Source of the DNA: Octopus bimaculoides
Taxonomy: Eukaryota
Direction of reading: 5' to 3'
NCBI RefSeq assembly: GCF_001194135.2
Contig: NC_068985.1
Location: forward strand, 8,133,516-8,170,972
DNA: 37,457 nucleotides
A program made the translations under genes and the position numbers. Shown one piece after another: positions 24,425 to 35,782 of the stretch. The first letter of the stretch is position 1, and every line of letters starts with the position of its first letter. The notes under the pieces were generated by a model. It saw nothing but the letters and a program-made list of their open reading frames with translations, made no database searches and was not told where the DNA came from.

Positions 24425-25135
24425 ATTAGAAGCTTGAGGATCAGCCAGGAAAAGACAAAAGTGCTGCATATCAACAACAAGCAGAAAGAGCCAATCACAG
24501 TCGAGGGGGCACCTGTGGAGGACGTTAGTGAGTTTGTCTATCTTGGAAGCAAGATCAGTAAATCAGGTGGATCAGACGAGGACATCACTGCAAGAGGAAA
24601 GAATGCTTGGCAAGCCTTCGCTATTCTTCGGCTGGTATGGAAGTCCACTGCCGTCTCAACTCGAACTGAACTTCGCTTATTTAGTTTAAACGTAAAATCT
24701 GTGCTTTTGTATGGCTCTGAAACATGGAGAGCCACCTGCAGCAACTACAAGAAGATCCAGACCTTCATCACCAAATGTCTCCGGCAGATCCTCCATCTGA
24801 AGTGGTTCGACAGAGTGCCAAACACCAACCTGTGGGAAAGGGCCAACCAGGAACCCATACATGTTCAGATTAGACGAAGGAAATGGAGATGGATCGGACA
24901 CACACTGCGGAAAGAACCCTCAAATGTGACACGACAAGCACTTGACTGGAACCCGCAGGGAAAAGGAAGCAAGGACGCCCGAAGCAGACATGGAAGCGGA
25001 GGATTTTGGACGAGATCAGGACCACCGGCCTGACATGGGAAGCAGCCAAGAAACACGCCAATGACCGCAAAAAGTGGAAAATAACTGTTGAGGCCCTATG
25101 CTCCACAAGGGGAAAAAAGGATTAAGAAGAAGAAA
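24425..25135 (+). mobile_element. RTE-clade LINE 3' fragment, well preserved, with (AAG)n-like tail
   Basis: ORF 24434-25033: FVYLGS, VKSVLLYGSETW, WRWIGHTLRK, ALDWNPQGK; tail taagaagaagaa near 25123-25135. Confidence 0.92.
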
Positions 25136-25454
25136 TTAAGATTGGCCTAAGGCTTACACGATTACAGTCAGAATCCAACAAATTACGACATTCACGCAAA
25201 ATCGGAATCCAAAACAAGGTTAGATAATATATCGGCAAAATTTAATTTTAAAAGTTTGCAAAAAAATGAAATAATTGTTCAAGGCAAATGCCTTGGTTGA
25301 GAAGCAAGATTTTGCTTCTAATAATGTTTTTTCTCTACGAAGGGTACACTCCGGAAACATCGGTTTTACACACCTCTTGTCAAATTAACTCAATGTAATT
25401 TATTTATGAAGTCTTTTTTAATCGTTATTTTCATTTACAGCAGAATACTAAACA

Positions 25455-26690
25455 CCATTGTCATATATCATCCATCTATCTCGTGGATGACTCTAAATTC
25501 CTGAAGATTGTTGACAGACGAATCTCCAGTCAGACCTGCATGTTGTTATTCGATGGCCGGAAATAAAAAAAAAGAAAGCCCACAATATGTAGTTAAACGA
25601 AAATAAATTTGAATTAGTCCGTAACGGTAAAGGGGCTGCACTTTAGCTATCATTCACTTTTCTTCCGTTAGGCGAAAACGGTGTGTCATCAAACACCGTT
25701 GGAGACCTCGGAGTAAATGTCGACAACTTATGGTGTGTTCACATAAGCAACAAAAAAGACATGGCCCGTAGGGCATGCACTTTGATCCGCAGGACTTTTA
25801 GGTCTAGAGACGGTCCTAACATTATCCTTCGTTTCTCCACCTGCCCCCGTCCCTACTTTGAATACTGTTGACCGCTGTGTTCTCCCGACACAAAACAAAA
25901 CATCACAAACATTGAAATACTCCAGAAATCGATTACAAGGGAAATAGACAATGTGACAGATCTTGATTATTGAGATCGTCTTGAGAAACTCAAACTTTAT
26001 TCTCTCCAACATCATCGTGAGTGCTATATCATTTTTTAGAGTAAAGATTATTTGCCAACGTAACATTGCAGTCCTGGTTTAGGACGAATGTTGCAGTAAT
26101 TTAGCCCCAGGAGACACGATCTGTGTCCTTATATTTTCGAACAAGGACACAGATCGTGTCGTATAGCCAGCTGGAGACGAGGTCTCCTGGGGGCTAAATT
26201 ACAGCAACATTCGTCCTAAACCAGGACTGCCATGTTATGTTGGCAAATAATCTTTACTCTAGCGTACTGTAGCTGAATATCTCTCGTTGAGAGATATACA
26301 AATAGTAATTTTATATCATTTTTATGATGTAGAATATATTCCAACAGCGCTGCCTAAATGATGCAAGTATCAACCTTAAAATCTACCCGAGGCTTGGTCC
26401 CCGTGCTGTCCATCCACTACAAAAGTCATGCTTACGTCACATTACAACACTAAGAGAGAACTGTTTCACCTCAATTGGCCCTGCTCTCTTTCTCATCATG
26501 CCAAGACACATAAGAGAAGGAAAAGATCCGTTAGCAGTCAAACGGTTCCTGGACGAATATCTCCCCAAATTTCTAGATAAACCATCTACATAGGATATAT
26601 TTCTGAAAACAATAAATCTTTACATGAATGCCCAAACAGCGCTTGTCTAGTGAAACATCATTAAATGATTCTTTTTCCATATGGTACTAT
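25455..26690 (+). mobile_element. CR1/L2-group LINE fragment interrupted by foldback element E2
   Basis: LVDDSKFLKI (FADD relic), RRTFRSRD, EYC, LKLYSLQHHRECYIIF|MM*NIF..PRLGPRA once 26037-26323 is removed. Confidence 0.8.
26037..26311. mobile_element. Unclassified foldback element, copy E2 (opposite orientation to E1)
   Basis: Outer arms 26037-26116 and 26182-26261 (3 mismatches, 1 indel); perfect 18-bp inner stem 26113-26130/26143-26160; small hairpin atatctctc-gtt-gagagatat at ~26277-26297; 12-bp TSD tatatcattttt at 26025-26036 and 26312-26323. Confidence 0.92.
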
Positions 26691-27370
26691 TAAGTTATAC
26701 ATAGTTTGCGCCAATTCTGACTGAAACTTAACTGAGTATTAGTATCGCAGAATCTATTTGTTGCATTGAGCTCTTTTTACGATTGATTGACATTGTGGCC
26801 ACTTTCGGATTCGTCTCTCCATATGCCGTTGGGACGCCTCCGGATTCCCTTCCCAAATAGATCATTTATCTTCTAAACAAATTTTAGAACGACCACTTGT
26901 CGTTAATTGGTTGTTGTGTTATTTCTCATAAATTCAGTTTTTTACCCTTGTCAATTTGGTGCTTACCAATAATAAATCTCATGATAATTTCAATTTTGGA
27001 AGTTGATTTCTAAACCCAAATGACACCAGCTAATCCTTATATAATCCTTTTAATGCTATAAACCTTAATTCTTGATATTAGATTCAATTTCAAAATGTGT
27101 TCTTTTATTTTCGTTTTAGAAATATCTGCCCATACCAATGCAGTTGTGTATTTGACAGCAACCTTCTTATCATTTGAACTTTATAGCTTATACTCTGGAC
27201 AGAAAAATCCTACAATTTGATTTATGGGTTTATCATAAATTGTTTCTAGATTTGGAAGGGGAATGTAATGTTTAAATAAAACCGTGCTTGTCGAACTCTT
27301 ACTAAATTACGTTGTCCTGTCTTTTTCTACACTCTGTCCTTTACTGTGCTGTATATATTGTTTGTGAGAA

Positions 27371-27688
27371 GGCGCGTGGCTTAGTGGTTAGGCTATTCGG
27401 CTCACGATCTTAATGTCGTGAATTCGATTCCCGGCGGCGCGTTGAATCCTTCAGCAAGATACTTTATTTCACGTTGTTGCAGGACACTCACCAGGCAAAG
27501 ATGAGTAGTACCTGTAATTTAAACGGTCAGTCTTGTCACATTCTTTGTGACGCTGAATCTCCCTGAGAACTACGCAAAGGGAACGCGTGTCTGTGGAGTA
27601 CTCAGCCACTTGCACGTTAATTTCACGAGCAGGCTGTTCCGCTGATTAGATCAACTGGAACATTCATCGTCGTAACCGACGGAGAGCC
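27371..27688 (+). mobile_element. SINE family C, near full length
   Basis: A-box tggcttagtgg, B-box aattcgattccc; colinear with 15215-15499. Confidence 0.9.
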
Positions 27689-27789
27689 ACGTTATTGGGT
27701 TATCACTGGGTCATTCAATTAACATATTTTCGTTCAGGGTTGACTCATGCTCGTGCACAACAATATGAACAACAACAGTAACAAAATTC

Positions 27790-27943
27790 TTTTCTTCTCT
27801 AGGCACAAGACCCGAAAGTTTTGGGGAGGGGCCAGTCGATTAGATCGACCCCGCTACGCAACTGGTACTTAATTTATCAACCCCGAAAGGATGAAAGCAA
27901 AGTTGACCTCGGCGGAATTTGAACTTAGAACGTAAAGACAGAC
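27790..27943 (-). mobile_element. SINE family B fragment
   Basis: gtcgattagatcgacccc..gaaaggatgaaagcaaagttgacctcggcggaatttgaac matches 23973-24174. Confidence 0.85.
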
Positions 27944-28615
27944 ATCAACAAAATTAAAGAACAACAACAATAACAACAAAAACAGCAACACCACCAGTAG
28001 TAACAACACACAACCAGACTTCATGCAATCGACAGGTTCAGGCGTTCTTCATTAAAAGGGTCGGACACTCCCTATTAGGATGTTAGCGTATATTTTCAAC
28101 TCGTATTTAAATGTATACCTTTGTGGCTGACATCAATCTTGTAATCCGGCAACCCTGTCTGTAACAGTTGTACTTGAGGTGATTTTTCATCCGGAGTTTG
28201 TTGAGCCGGATCCAACCAACGATTTCACCATGTCCGTGACGAATGTTGACCACATCCGACGGTCTGCAGTAGTCGAGGCTGTGATGCATATCTATTTCTG
28301 ATTCCACTGTCGAAGACCATTGACGCGGAGGCCTGATAGTGCTTCCACGTCCGGATAGAATGGACGCCGTATCTGTAGTCGTCATTGGTCCTTGAGATGT
28401 AGGGTTGATGATTGGAGTGTCTGTGGGAATACAAGTTCACATGTGGTCCCCGGTCACATGCATATACGTTTTTGAATAGTATGATCCGTAACAGATTCTC
28501 TTGCAGTCGATTGTCGACCGTCGCTGAGGGTTCGCTGACCAAGTCACCGCCGACTAGCGAATTCTAGAGATATGCTTCGGTAAAAGCCGATGAGTACCTC
28601 ATTCATTTTCGATAT

Positions 28616-28870
28616 AGGCGCAGGAGTGGCTATGCAGTAAGTAGCTTGCTTACCAGCCACATGGTTCCGGGTTCAGTCCCACTGCGTGGCACCTTGGGCA
28701 AGTGTCTTCTACTATAGCCTCGGGCCGACCAATGCCTTGTGAGTCGATTTGGTAGACGGAAACTGAAAGAAGCCCGTCGTATATATGTATATATATATAT
28801 ATTTATATATGTATGTGTGTGTGTATATGTTTGTGCGTCTGTGTTTGTCCCCCCAACATTGCTTGACAAC
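28616..28870 (+). mobile_element. SINE family A, 5' part, cut off at the mariner
   Basis: tRNA-like head aggcgcaggagtggct..ggttcagtccc, body, (TA/TG)n tract, gtttgtccccc..cttgacaaccgg. Confidence 0.9.
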
Positions 28871-30165
28871 CGGAATTTTGCAATATCATCTTATCCACTT
28901 AGTATTACATGTCTTCATTTTTATCGCCTTCAAAGTATTCTTTATTTGAAGCAACGCATCAGTGCAGACGCTTTTTCCACTGTTCGAAGCAGTCCTGGAA
29001 CTCTTGCGAAGTGGTGCCTTTCAATGCCTCCGTCGTTTTTTTTCTTCATTCCTTCTGTATCTGCAAAACGTTTTCCTTTAAGTTCTTTTTTCATTCGGGA
29101 GAACAGAAAAAATCTTGCAGAGAGTAAGATTGAGTGAATAGGGAGAGTGGGTAAGCAGGGTCGTGCCATTGTTAGTCAAAAATTGTCTCACACTCAAGGT
29201 GGTGTGTGCAGGCGCATTGCCATGATGAAACCACCCCTCTCCACTTTGCCACAGGTTGGGGTGTTTTCGTCTCACCTCGTCTCGCAAATGTTTCAGAACT
29301 GCCAAATAAAATGTCTGGTTTCACCAGATGGAACAAATTCTGTGCAGGCAACTCCTTTCGCATCGATGAAGCAAATCAGCATCGTGTTGACATTGGACAT
29401 TATTCGACGCGCTTTTGGGAGGCATAGTGACATTGAATGCTTCCATTGACTTGCTTGCTGATTCTTTCCTGGGTCGTAGCCATAGCACTAGCTTTCGTCA
29501 CCACTGATGACCTTTGGATAAAGGTTCGGATCAACTTCCAGCCGTTCTTTCAGTTCACGACATGCATTCAGCCGTGACTCTTTTTGATCTCTCTTGATCA
29601 AGCGAGGCACAAATATTTTGCTGCAACTTCTCATTCGCAGCCCCTCGCTCAAAATTCGTTGGCAGGAACTCCAGGCCACACCAATCATATCAATAAGTTC
29701 GTCAATCTTTTGGCGACGGTCCTCCAAGATCAGTTCATGAATTTTGATGATATTTTCATTCGTTCGAGAGGTCGACGTTCGTCCTGAATGAGGTTGGTCT
29801 TCAAGCGACAAGTCACCATTCCTAATGTGTGAAAACCACTCGTAAACTTATGTTTCGCCCATGGCAGCGTCCTTGCAAACTGTTAGAAACGTGACAACTG
29901 TTTCAGCCACCGTTTTCCTCAAGCAAAAAAACAGAATTTCACAGAAGTACGCTGTTCCTTCGTTTTAGCCATCTCCAAAATAGACGAACAGGAGAGAAGC
30001 ACTGCAAAATACAGACGCACCTCGTAACAGTACGACTACAAAATCCACGATACCGGTCGGCAGACTGACGCCTGAGGGTCTCATCAAGTGGCTTCAAGCG
30101 GCGAAAGCCTGAACTACAACGGGCTTGTCACGCTGAGAACGTTTCCAGTTACTTTTGGGTGACGT
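28868..30165 (-). mobile_element. mariner (Tc1/mariner) transposon with pseudogenised transposase
   Basis: Transposase relic ~29972 to ~28905 on the minus strand: VYEWF, LEDQPHSGR, VISGDES, WFHHGNAPAHT, HSPYSLNL, MKKELKGKRF. TIR-like ttccagttacttttggg at 30143-30159; only aaccggaa remains at the other end. Confidence 0.92.
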
Positions 30166-31129
30166 TCTGACCTCTCTGCTAAATTACCTACTTTCTGATA
30201 AAACACGTGACAGAAATTCTGTTTCAGAAAATCGATACTATGACAATCATGAATTTCCCAACACGTAAGTCACACTCAGATAAAGCATAAGTAAATTGAT
30301 GCACGCCCAAGTGCTTTACTTATATTTCTAGAATGACTTCTCTGCTTTGTCTAAAAATTATTTCGTCATTCAAGGAAGGACATCTGTAACTATTCTATAT
30401 GCAAGCAGCAACACTATATCCTTGTCAATGTCACTGTTTATGTTGATACTCGTCTAAAACCTGGTGTTTATGCTGTCTTTTTAAGTCTCTTTTAGTTAGC
30501 GGTTCGAGAAAAGTAATTGATGAAATAAGTATCCGAGTTAAATGAATACTGTGGTTGATATGATCTACTAAACCCTTGAAGAAAAGGAACAGTGCAAGAT
30601 TTGGAGAATAGGTGATAAAATAGTAAGAAAGACAGAAATGGAGAGTCTGGTGCATCGAGATGGTTTAGGCGGAAGTACTAAGTAATTTTCAAGTACAGAG
30701 GAGGAGAGAACAGTTCAAGTAAGCTCGAGGAAGCAGAGAGAAAAACCAGAGCGTTTATACTGTATCTGTAATGTGTTAGTCGGAGGGCTTCACTAGGTTG
30801 CGGTCTAGGATGTTTGTTTATGTAGAGGCAGCACTCTATATTTGGGAGTAGTATCTGGAATCGATTCTTAGCTGAGGTTTCTGAGTTCAGATCGCGCTCT
30901 TTGTCACTGGTAACGATGTTAATAGACTTGGTAAGGCCTTAAAAAGTGACCCCAAATTTTAGCTGATCACTCAACGCCAACACACGAGTTGTCAAGCCGT
31001 CCGAGTCTTGTGCACGCAATGAATATGTATCTATAGAGAATTCAGGCTAAATTTGAATATTTTCATAAAAGGAAAAGAAAACACAGCGTCCCGTCCCAAA
31101 ATGAAAGTATTTAAAAGTATTTAAAAGAA

Positions 31130-31425
31130 AAATAGAAACTAGATTATGGCTGGGAGATAACAGTTTACTGAAATTAGCCGCACTCAGCTTCCACCACGAC
31201 CTCACTGTGCACATAGGACGATCGAACACCACTTGATGTTGCCCACCTGCTTGGCCATGGTATTGAAGGCAAAGCCAGGGGTGTCTTTCTCAACCGCGCC
31301 GCACACATAATAATCCATAGGGTCAGAATCAAAGGAGTTTGGGGGTCATAAATGGGGGCAGGTGAAATAGTAAAACTTCCCCAACAACCACTTCAGATTC
31401 CTTCGGGTTTTTTCTCTTCCAGGTT
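31130..31425 (-). mobile_element. Tc1/mariner (maT/DD37D-like) transposase C-terminal relic
   Basis: Minus strand: *PPNSFDSDPMDYYVCGAVEKDT..VVEAECG, a relic of WPPxSPDxNPxDYxVWG; truncated by an N gap. Confidence 0.7.
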
Positions 31426-32495
31426 ANNNNNNNNNNNNNNNNNNNNNNNNNNNNNNNNNNNNNNNNNNNNNNNNNNNNNNNNNNNNNNNNNNNNNNNNNN
31501 NNNNNNNNNNNNNNNNNNNNNNNNNNNNNNNNNNNNNNNNNNNNNNNNNNNNNNNNNNNNNNNNNNNNNNNNNNNNNNNNNNNNNNNNNNNNNNNNNNNN
31601 NNNNNNNNNNNNNNNNNNNNNNNNNNNNNNNNNNNNNNNNNNNNNNNNNNNNNNNNNNNNNNNNNNNNNNNNNNNNNNNNNNNNNNNNNNNNNNNNNNNN
31701 NNNNNNNNNNNNNNNNNNNNNNNNNNNNNNNNNNNNNNNNNNNNNNNNNNNNNNNNNNNNNNNNNNNNNNNNNNNNNNNNNNNNNNNNNNNNNNNNNNNN
31801 NNNNNNNNNNNNNNNNNNNNNNNNNNNNNNNNNNNNNNNNNNNNNNNNNNAAAAAAAAACCGCGAAACAAAACTCCGTTGGCGGGAAACTCCGTGGTTCC
31901 CTCCACCCCTTCACCTCCTTTTCTTTCTCGGGAAAAAGTGGCTTGGAGGTTAGATACGTTGAATGCATTCGAAAAAACCTGTGGAAAAAAAAATTATTTC
32001 ACGCCGAAGTACGAACGGGTCCATTACAAAATATTTACCATTGTATTTTTGAAATCACATTCACTTAAAAATATTTCTAAATGATTAAAATATTGTATTT
32101 AACAAAAGCAAAATTAGAAACATTTACTGTAAAAACAGCTCATATTTTTTCGTTGGCAAGTTAAAGTCACTGAGACTTGCAAAGATCGTGAACTTTGTCT
32201 TCAAAATACAGAAGCCATTGATCATAATGTCTCTAATCGAAAGGTTAGAGTTTCTTCCCTTTCCAGGTTATGTTATTTCCGGAGTGTTTTCCCGTTATGA
32301 ATCGTTTTGGGTATTTATGAATACCCCCAAAACCCACCAATATCTCAGGAATCCGTGGTCCGATTTACGCGAAACTTCTTTTATTCCGTTTGTATTCAGA
32401 TTTCAGTAATATCTTAATTCATGGTACTTTTTCATTATGCGCCAGTTTAGCTGTATTAAATGAATGACAAACAAGCAAGCAAACAATCAGAGTTT

Positions 32496-32496
<1 letters not shown>

Positions 32497-32559
<63 letters not shown>

Positions 32560-32567
32560 GGTGGTGG
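32497..32567. repeat. (TAG)n/(TGG)n microsatellite, followed by a CT-rich tract up to the gap
   Basis: Directly visible. Confidence 0.95.
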
Positions 32568-33149
32568 ACCCCCTCCTCCTGCCTCTCTCCCCCACCCTCC
32601 CTCCTACCACCCCTACTCTTTCTCTCCTCTCTCTTACTCTCTCTCACTCTCTTCTCTCGTACTCCCCCCTCTCTCACTCTTACTCTCTACACTCTTACTC
32701 TCTCACCCTTACTCTCTCACTCTCACTCTCTTNNNNNNNNNNNNNNNNNNNNNNNNNNNNNNNNNNNNNNNNNNNNNNNNNNNNNNNNNNNNNNNNNNNN
32801 NNNNNNNNNNNNNNNNNNNNNNNNNNNNNNNNNNNNNNNNNNNNNNNNNNNNNNNNNNNNNNNNNNNNNNNNNNNNNNNNNNNNNNNNNNNNNNNNNNNN
32901 NNNNNNNNNNNNNNNNNNNNNNNNNNNNNNNNNNNNNNNNNNNNNNNNNNNNNNNNNNNNNNNNNNNNNNNNNNNNNNNNNNNNNNNNNNNNNNNNNNNN
33001 NNNNNNNNNNNNNNNNNNNNNNNNNNNNNNNNNNNNNNNNNNNNNNNNNNNNNNNNNNNNNNNNNNNNNNNNNNNNNNNNNNNNNNNNNNNNNNNNNNNN
33101 NNNNNNNNNNNNNNNNNNNNNNNNNNNNNNNNNNNNNNNNNNNNNNNNG

Positions 33150-33475
33150 ATCACCAGCATTCTATCTCCTACACACAGCCCCTCGTTCTTCGATCACCGT
33201 TTGTTATCTCCCCCTTTTCTTAGCTCTCCTGAAAAAAGAATTTCTAACTTCCGGTCAGCCATTATTAGCCATTATTATGATTGACCGTTGACTGAACACT
33301 ATTCAATTTTTTTCTCCGTGTTTTTCTCCTTGTCTCCGTATTCTTTCTGTTGAAGAGCGTAGCTCGAAACGTCAAAGACTTTCCGTATTCCTGAGCGTCA
33401 TACTAATACATCCTTTTGTTATTTACACCACCTGTACTCGTCTGTTGTTGTTTTTTCGTACATTCTCCCATATAT
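33150..33475 (+). mobile_element. Dispersed repeat carrying a hammerhead-like motif, copy 2
   Basis: Colinear with 1010-1295; ends in (TA)n. Confidence 0.6.
33342..33378 (+). ncRNA. Variant minimal type I hammerhead-ribozyme-like motif
   Basis: tcttt-CTGTTGA-A-GAGC gta GCTC-GAAA-CGTC-aaaga: 5-bp stem I, 4-bp stem II, intact GAAA, palindromic ACGT stem III, GUC triplet. Core position 6 is U rather than A. Confidence 0.5.
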
Positions 33476-33539
33476 ATATATGTACATACACAAAGACTTA
33501 CAACTCATATGTAATACGGTCGGTGGGAGTTTTACGGTA

Positions 33540-34110
33540 GCAGTATATATAAAAATCTAAGGTGGGTAGGAGCGATGGCGTTCTTCGGGAAACTCTTGGC
33601 GTCGACGAGGATGAACTAACTAGCCTACTTCGGTGGACTTTCGACCCCGGTACTACCATGGATTACTTCCAGAAATCCCTAGCCTGGCAGTGCTACCGAG
33701 GATCACTGCCTGTTCAGGATAAACTTTACAGGCACGGACGCTTTATCAGGCAAGACTGTTCGAGATGCGCGCAAAGCGATGAAACGGCTCTGCATGCATT
33801 TGTGCAGTATCCGAGTATTGCTGACTTGTGGAATTATGCCGAACAGCTGTTATCGTGTGTGGATGAAACCGGCTATTGGCCGGATCTATTTTTAAGGATC
33901 GCCCCACCACCCACCTTTAACAAAACAGGGAAGGCGATGTTCCTCTGTCTGATGGCTATGGTAAAAGAGGTAGTATTGTAGATGATCTTGTAAGGATTTA
34001 AGAAAGATACCTTCCTCTTCGCTCAAGATATTAGGGAAAGGAAAGTGAGGGTGCAACTACCTTTCAGTGAATTTGTGAAAAGATGGGTGACTGGCAAAAA
34101 TGGTTAGAGC
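33540..34110 (+). mobile_element. Tx1/L1-like LINE, ORF2 C-terminal fragment
   Basis: LAWQCYRGSLPVQDKLYRHG..CSRC..SDETALHAFVQY....LW fits the zf-RVT-type C-terminus of L1/Tx1 ORF2. Confidence 0.75.
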
Positions 34111-35734
34111 GAATGGCCCTGCTCTAAGCATTTACCTATAGATTGGGGAACAACATATGGAAGAGGGTTCGTGCTGGTCAGGGTAATCCTGAATCTGTGG
34201 GGTTCCTTGATTGACCCAAGTTGGTGATTCAACTGTATCATTCATGTTATCACATACTTTGGAGTACTGCATGTATTTTTCATTTTCTTCATGCTACTAC
34301 CATTCTATAAGGGCTAAAATATCCTCTCTATAAGGGCTAAAAATTCCTCTCCACTCTTAGCTTTTATTCTGAGTAGCTTCTACCTCGGCGTCTTACCTTT
34401 GTTACGACTTTCGGTGTTCGCGTCCACCCCTGTCATGTAATTTAATCGGAATTACTGCTCACCTAGACGGACTGTTTTCACTAGGATTTACAGCGCCTTT
34501 TCTCCTCATATGATTTAATTTCAGAACTTACAACTCTCTTGGACGGGTTACTAGGATCAAGAGAAATAATGAGAAGCTGGGAAGAGTTAGAACGATGTGG
34601 GGCATATCTGAAAGGAATGACTGAACGAACAGGTTATATGGAAGCGAGGGCAGGAACGAGAAAGATGTGGTAGGGAACCGAGATAGGGAATGCAAAGGGC
34701 CAGGGTTTCCATACCCATTGAGATCGACTACATTAGTATTAGTAAGCCACTCATATCATATATGAATTGAGATACATATACAACCAAGTAGGTGAGAAAA
34801 CGAGAAAAATAATCCCCAAGACGATTAGCTGAACCTGCTCTGTATGGCTTGAAAGTTTATAAGCGTAAATATCCATCTACGTCTATAGTTGTGTTTGTGT
34901 GTGTGTGTGCAATGTGCGACACAATGGGTAGCATTGCATTATGCTATGAAATATGCCATGGTTAAAACCGTATTGCATAACATCTTTGTTTGAAGACAGA
35001 AAATAACTCAATAAAAGGAAAAACCAGGTTAACTTCGCAATAAATAAATAAAAAAAAAAACGAAACAAGTTTTCGCAAGTCATTTTTAGTTTCTTTATGT
35101 TTGATTTGTTTTGCTTGTCTGAAAAAAGTAATGAAAAGAAGAAGAAGAAAAAAAAAAANNNNNNNNNNNNNNNNNNNNNNNNNNNNNNNNNNNNNNNNNN
35201 NNNNNNNNNNNNNNNNNNNNNNNNNNNNNNNNNNNNNNNNNNNNNNNNNNNNNNNNNNNNNNNNNNNNNNNNNNNNNNNNNNNNNNNNNNNNNNNNNNNN
35301 NNNNNNNNNNNNNNNNNNNNNNNNNNNNNNNNNNNNNNNNNNNNNNNNNNNNNNNNNNNNNNNNNNNNNNNNNNNNNNNNNNNNNNNNNNNNNNNNNNNN
35401 NNNNNNNNNNNNNNNNNNNNNNNNNNNNNNNNNNNNNNNNNNNNNNNNNNNNNNNNNNNNNNNNNNNNNNNNNNNNNNNNNNNNNNNNNNNNNNNNNNNN
35501 NNNNNNNNNNNNNNNNNNNNNNNNNNNNNNNNNNNNNNNNNNNNNNNNNNNNNNNNNNNNNNNNNNNNNNNNNNNNNNNNNNNNNNNNNNNNNNNNNNNN
35601 NNNNNNNNNNNNNNNNNNNNNNNNNNNNNNNNNNNNNNNNNNNNNNNNNNNNNNNNNNNNNNNNNNNNNNNNNNNNNNNNNNNNNNNNNNNNNNNNNNNN
35701 NNNNNNNNNNNNNNNNNNNNNNNNNNNNNNNNNN

Positions 35735-35768
<34 letters not shown>

Positions 35769-35782
35769 TATATATACATATA

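Noticed and set aside
15676-26311. E1 and E2 are both exactly 275 bp between their TSDs
   Set aside because: Each appears to carry a different deletion near the apex and one boundary lies in a T run, so the exact equality is probably coincidence rather than a length constraint.
27371-27445. tRNA-like sequence with A and B boxes (also at 15215 and 28616)
   Set aside because: No acceptor stem closure, and each continues into a SINE body; these are SINE heads, not tRNA genes.
28860-28880. SINE A fused to the mariner end through aaccgg
   Set aside because: An ordinary microhomology-mediated deletion junction between two repeats.
34305-34350. 23-bp tandem duplication ctataagggctaaaa..cctct
   Set aside because: Two units only; an ordinary local duplication, not an array or CRISPR.
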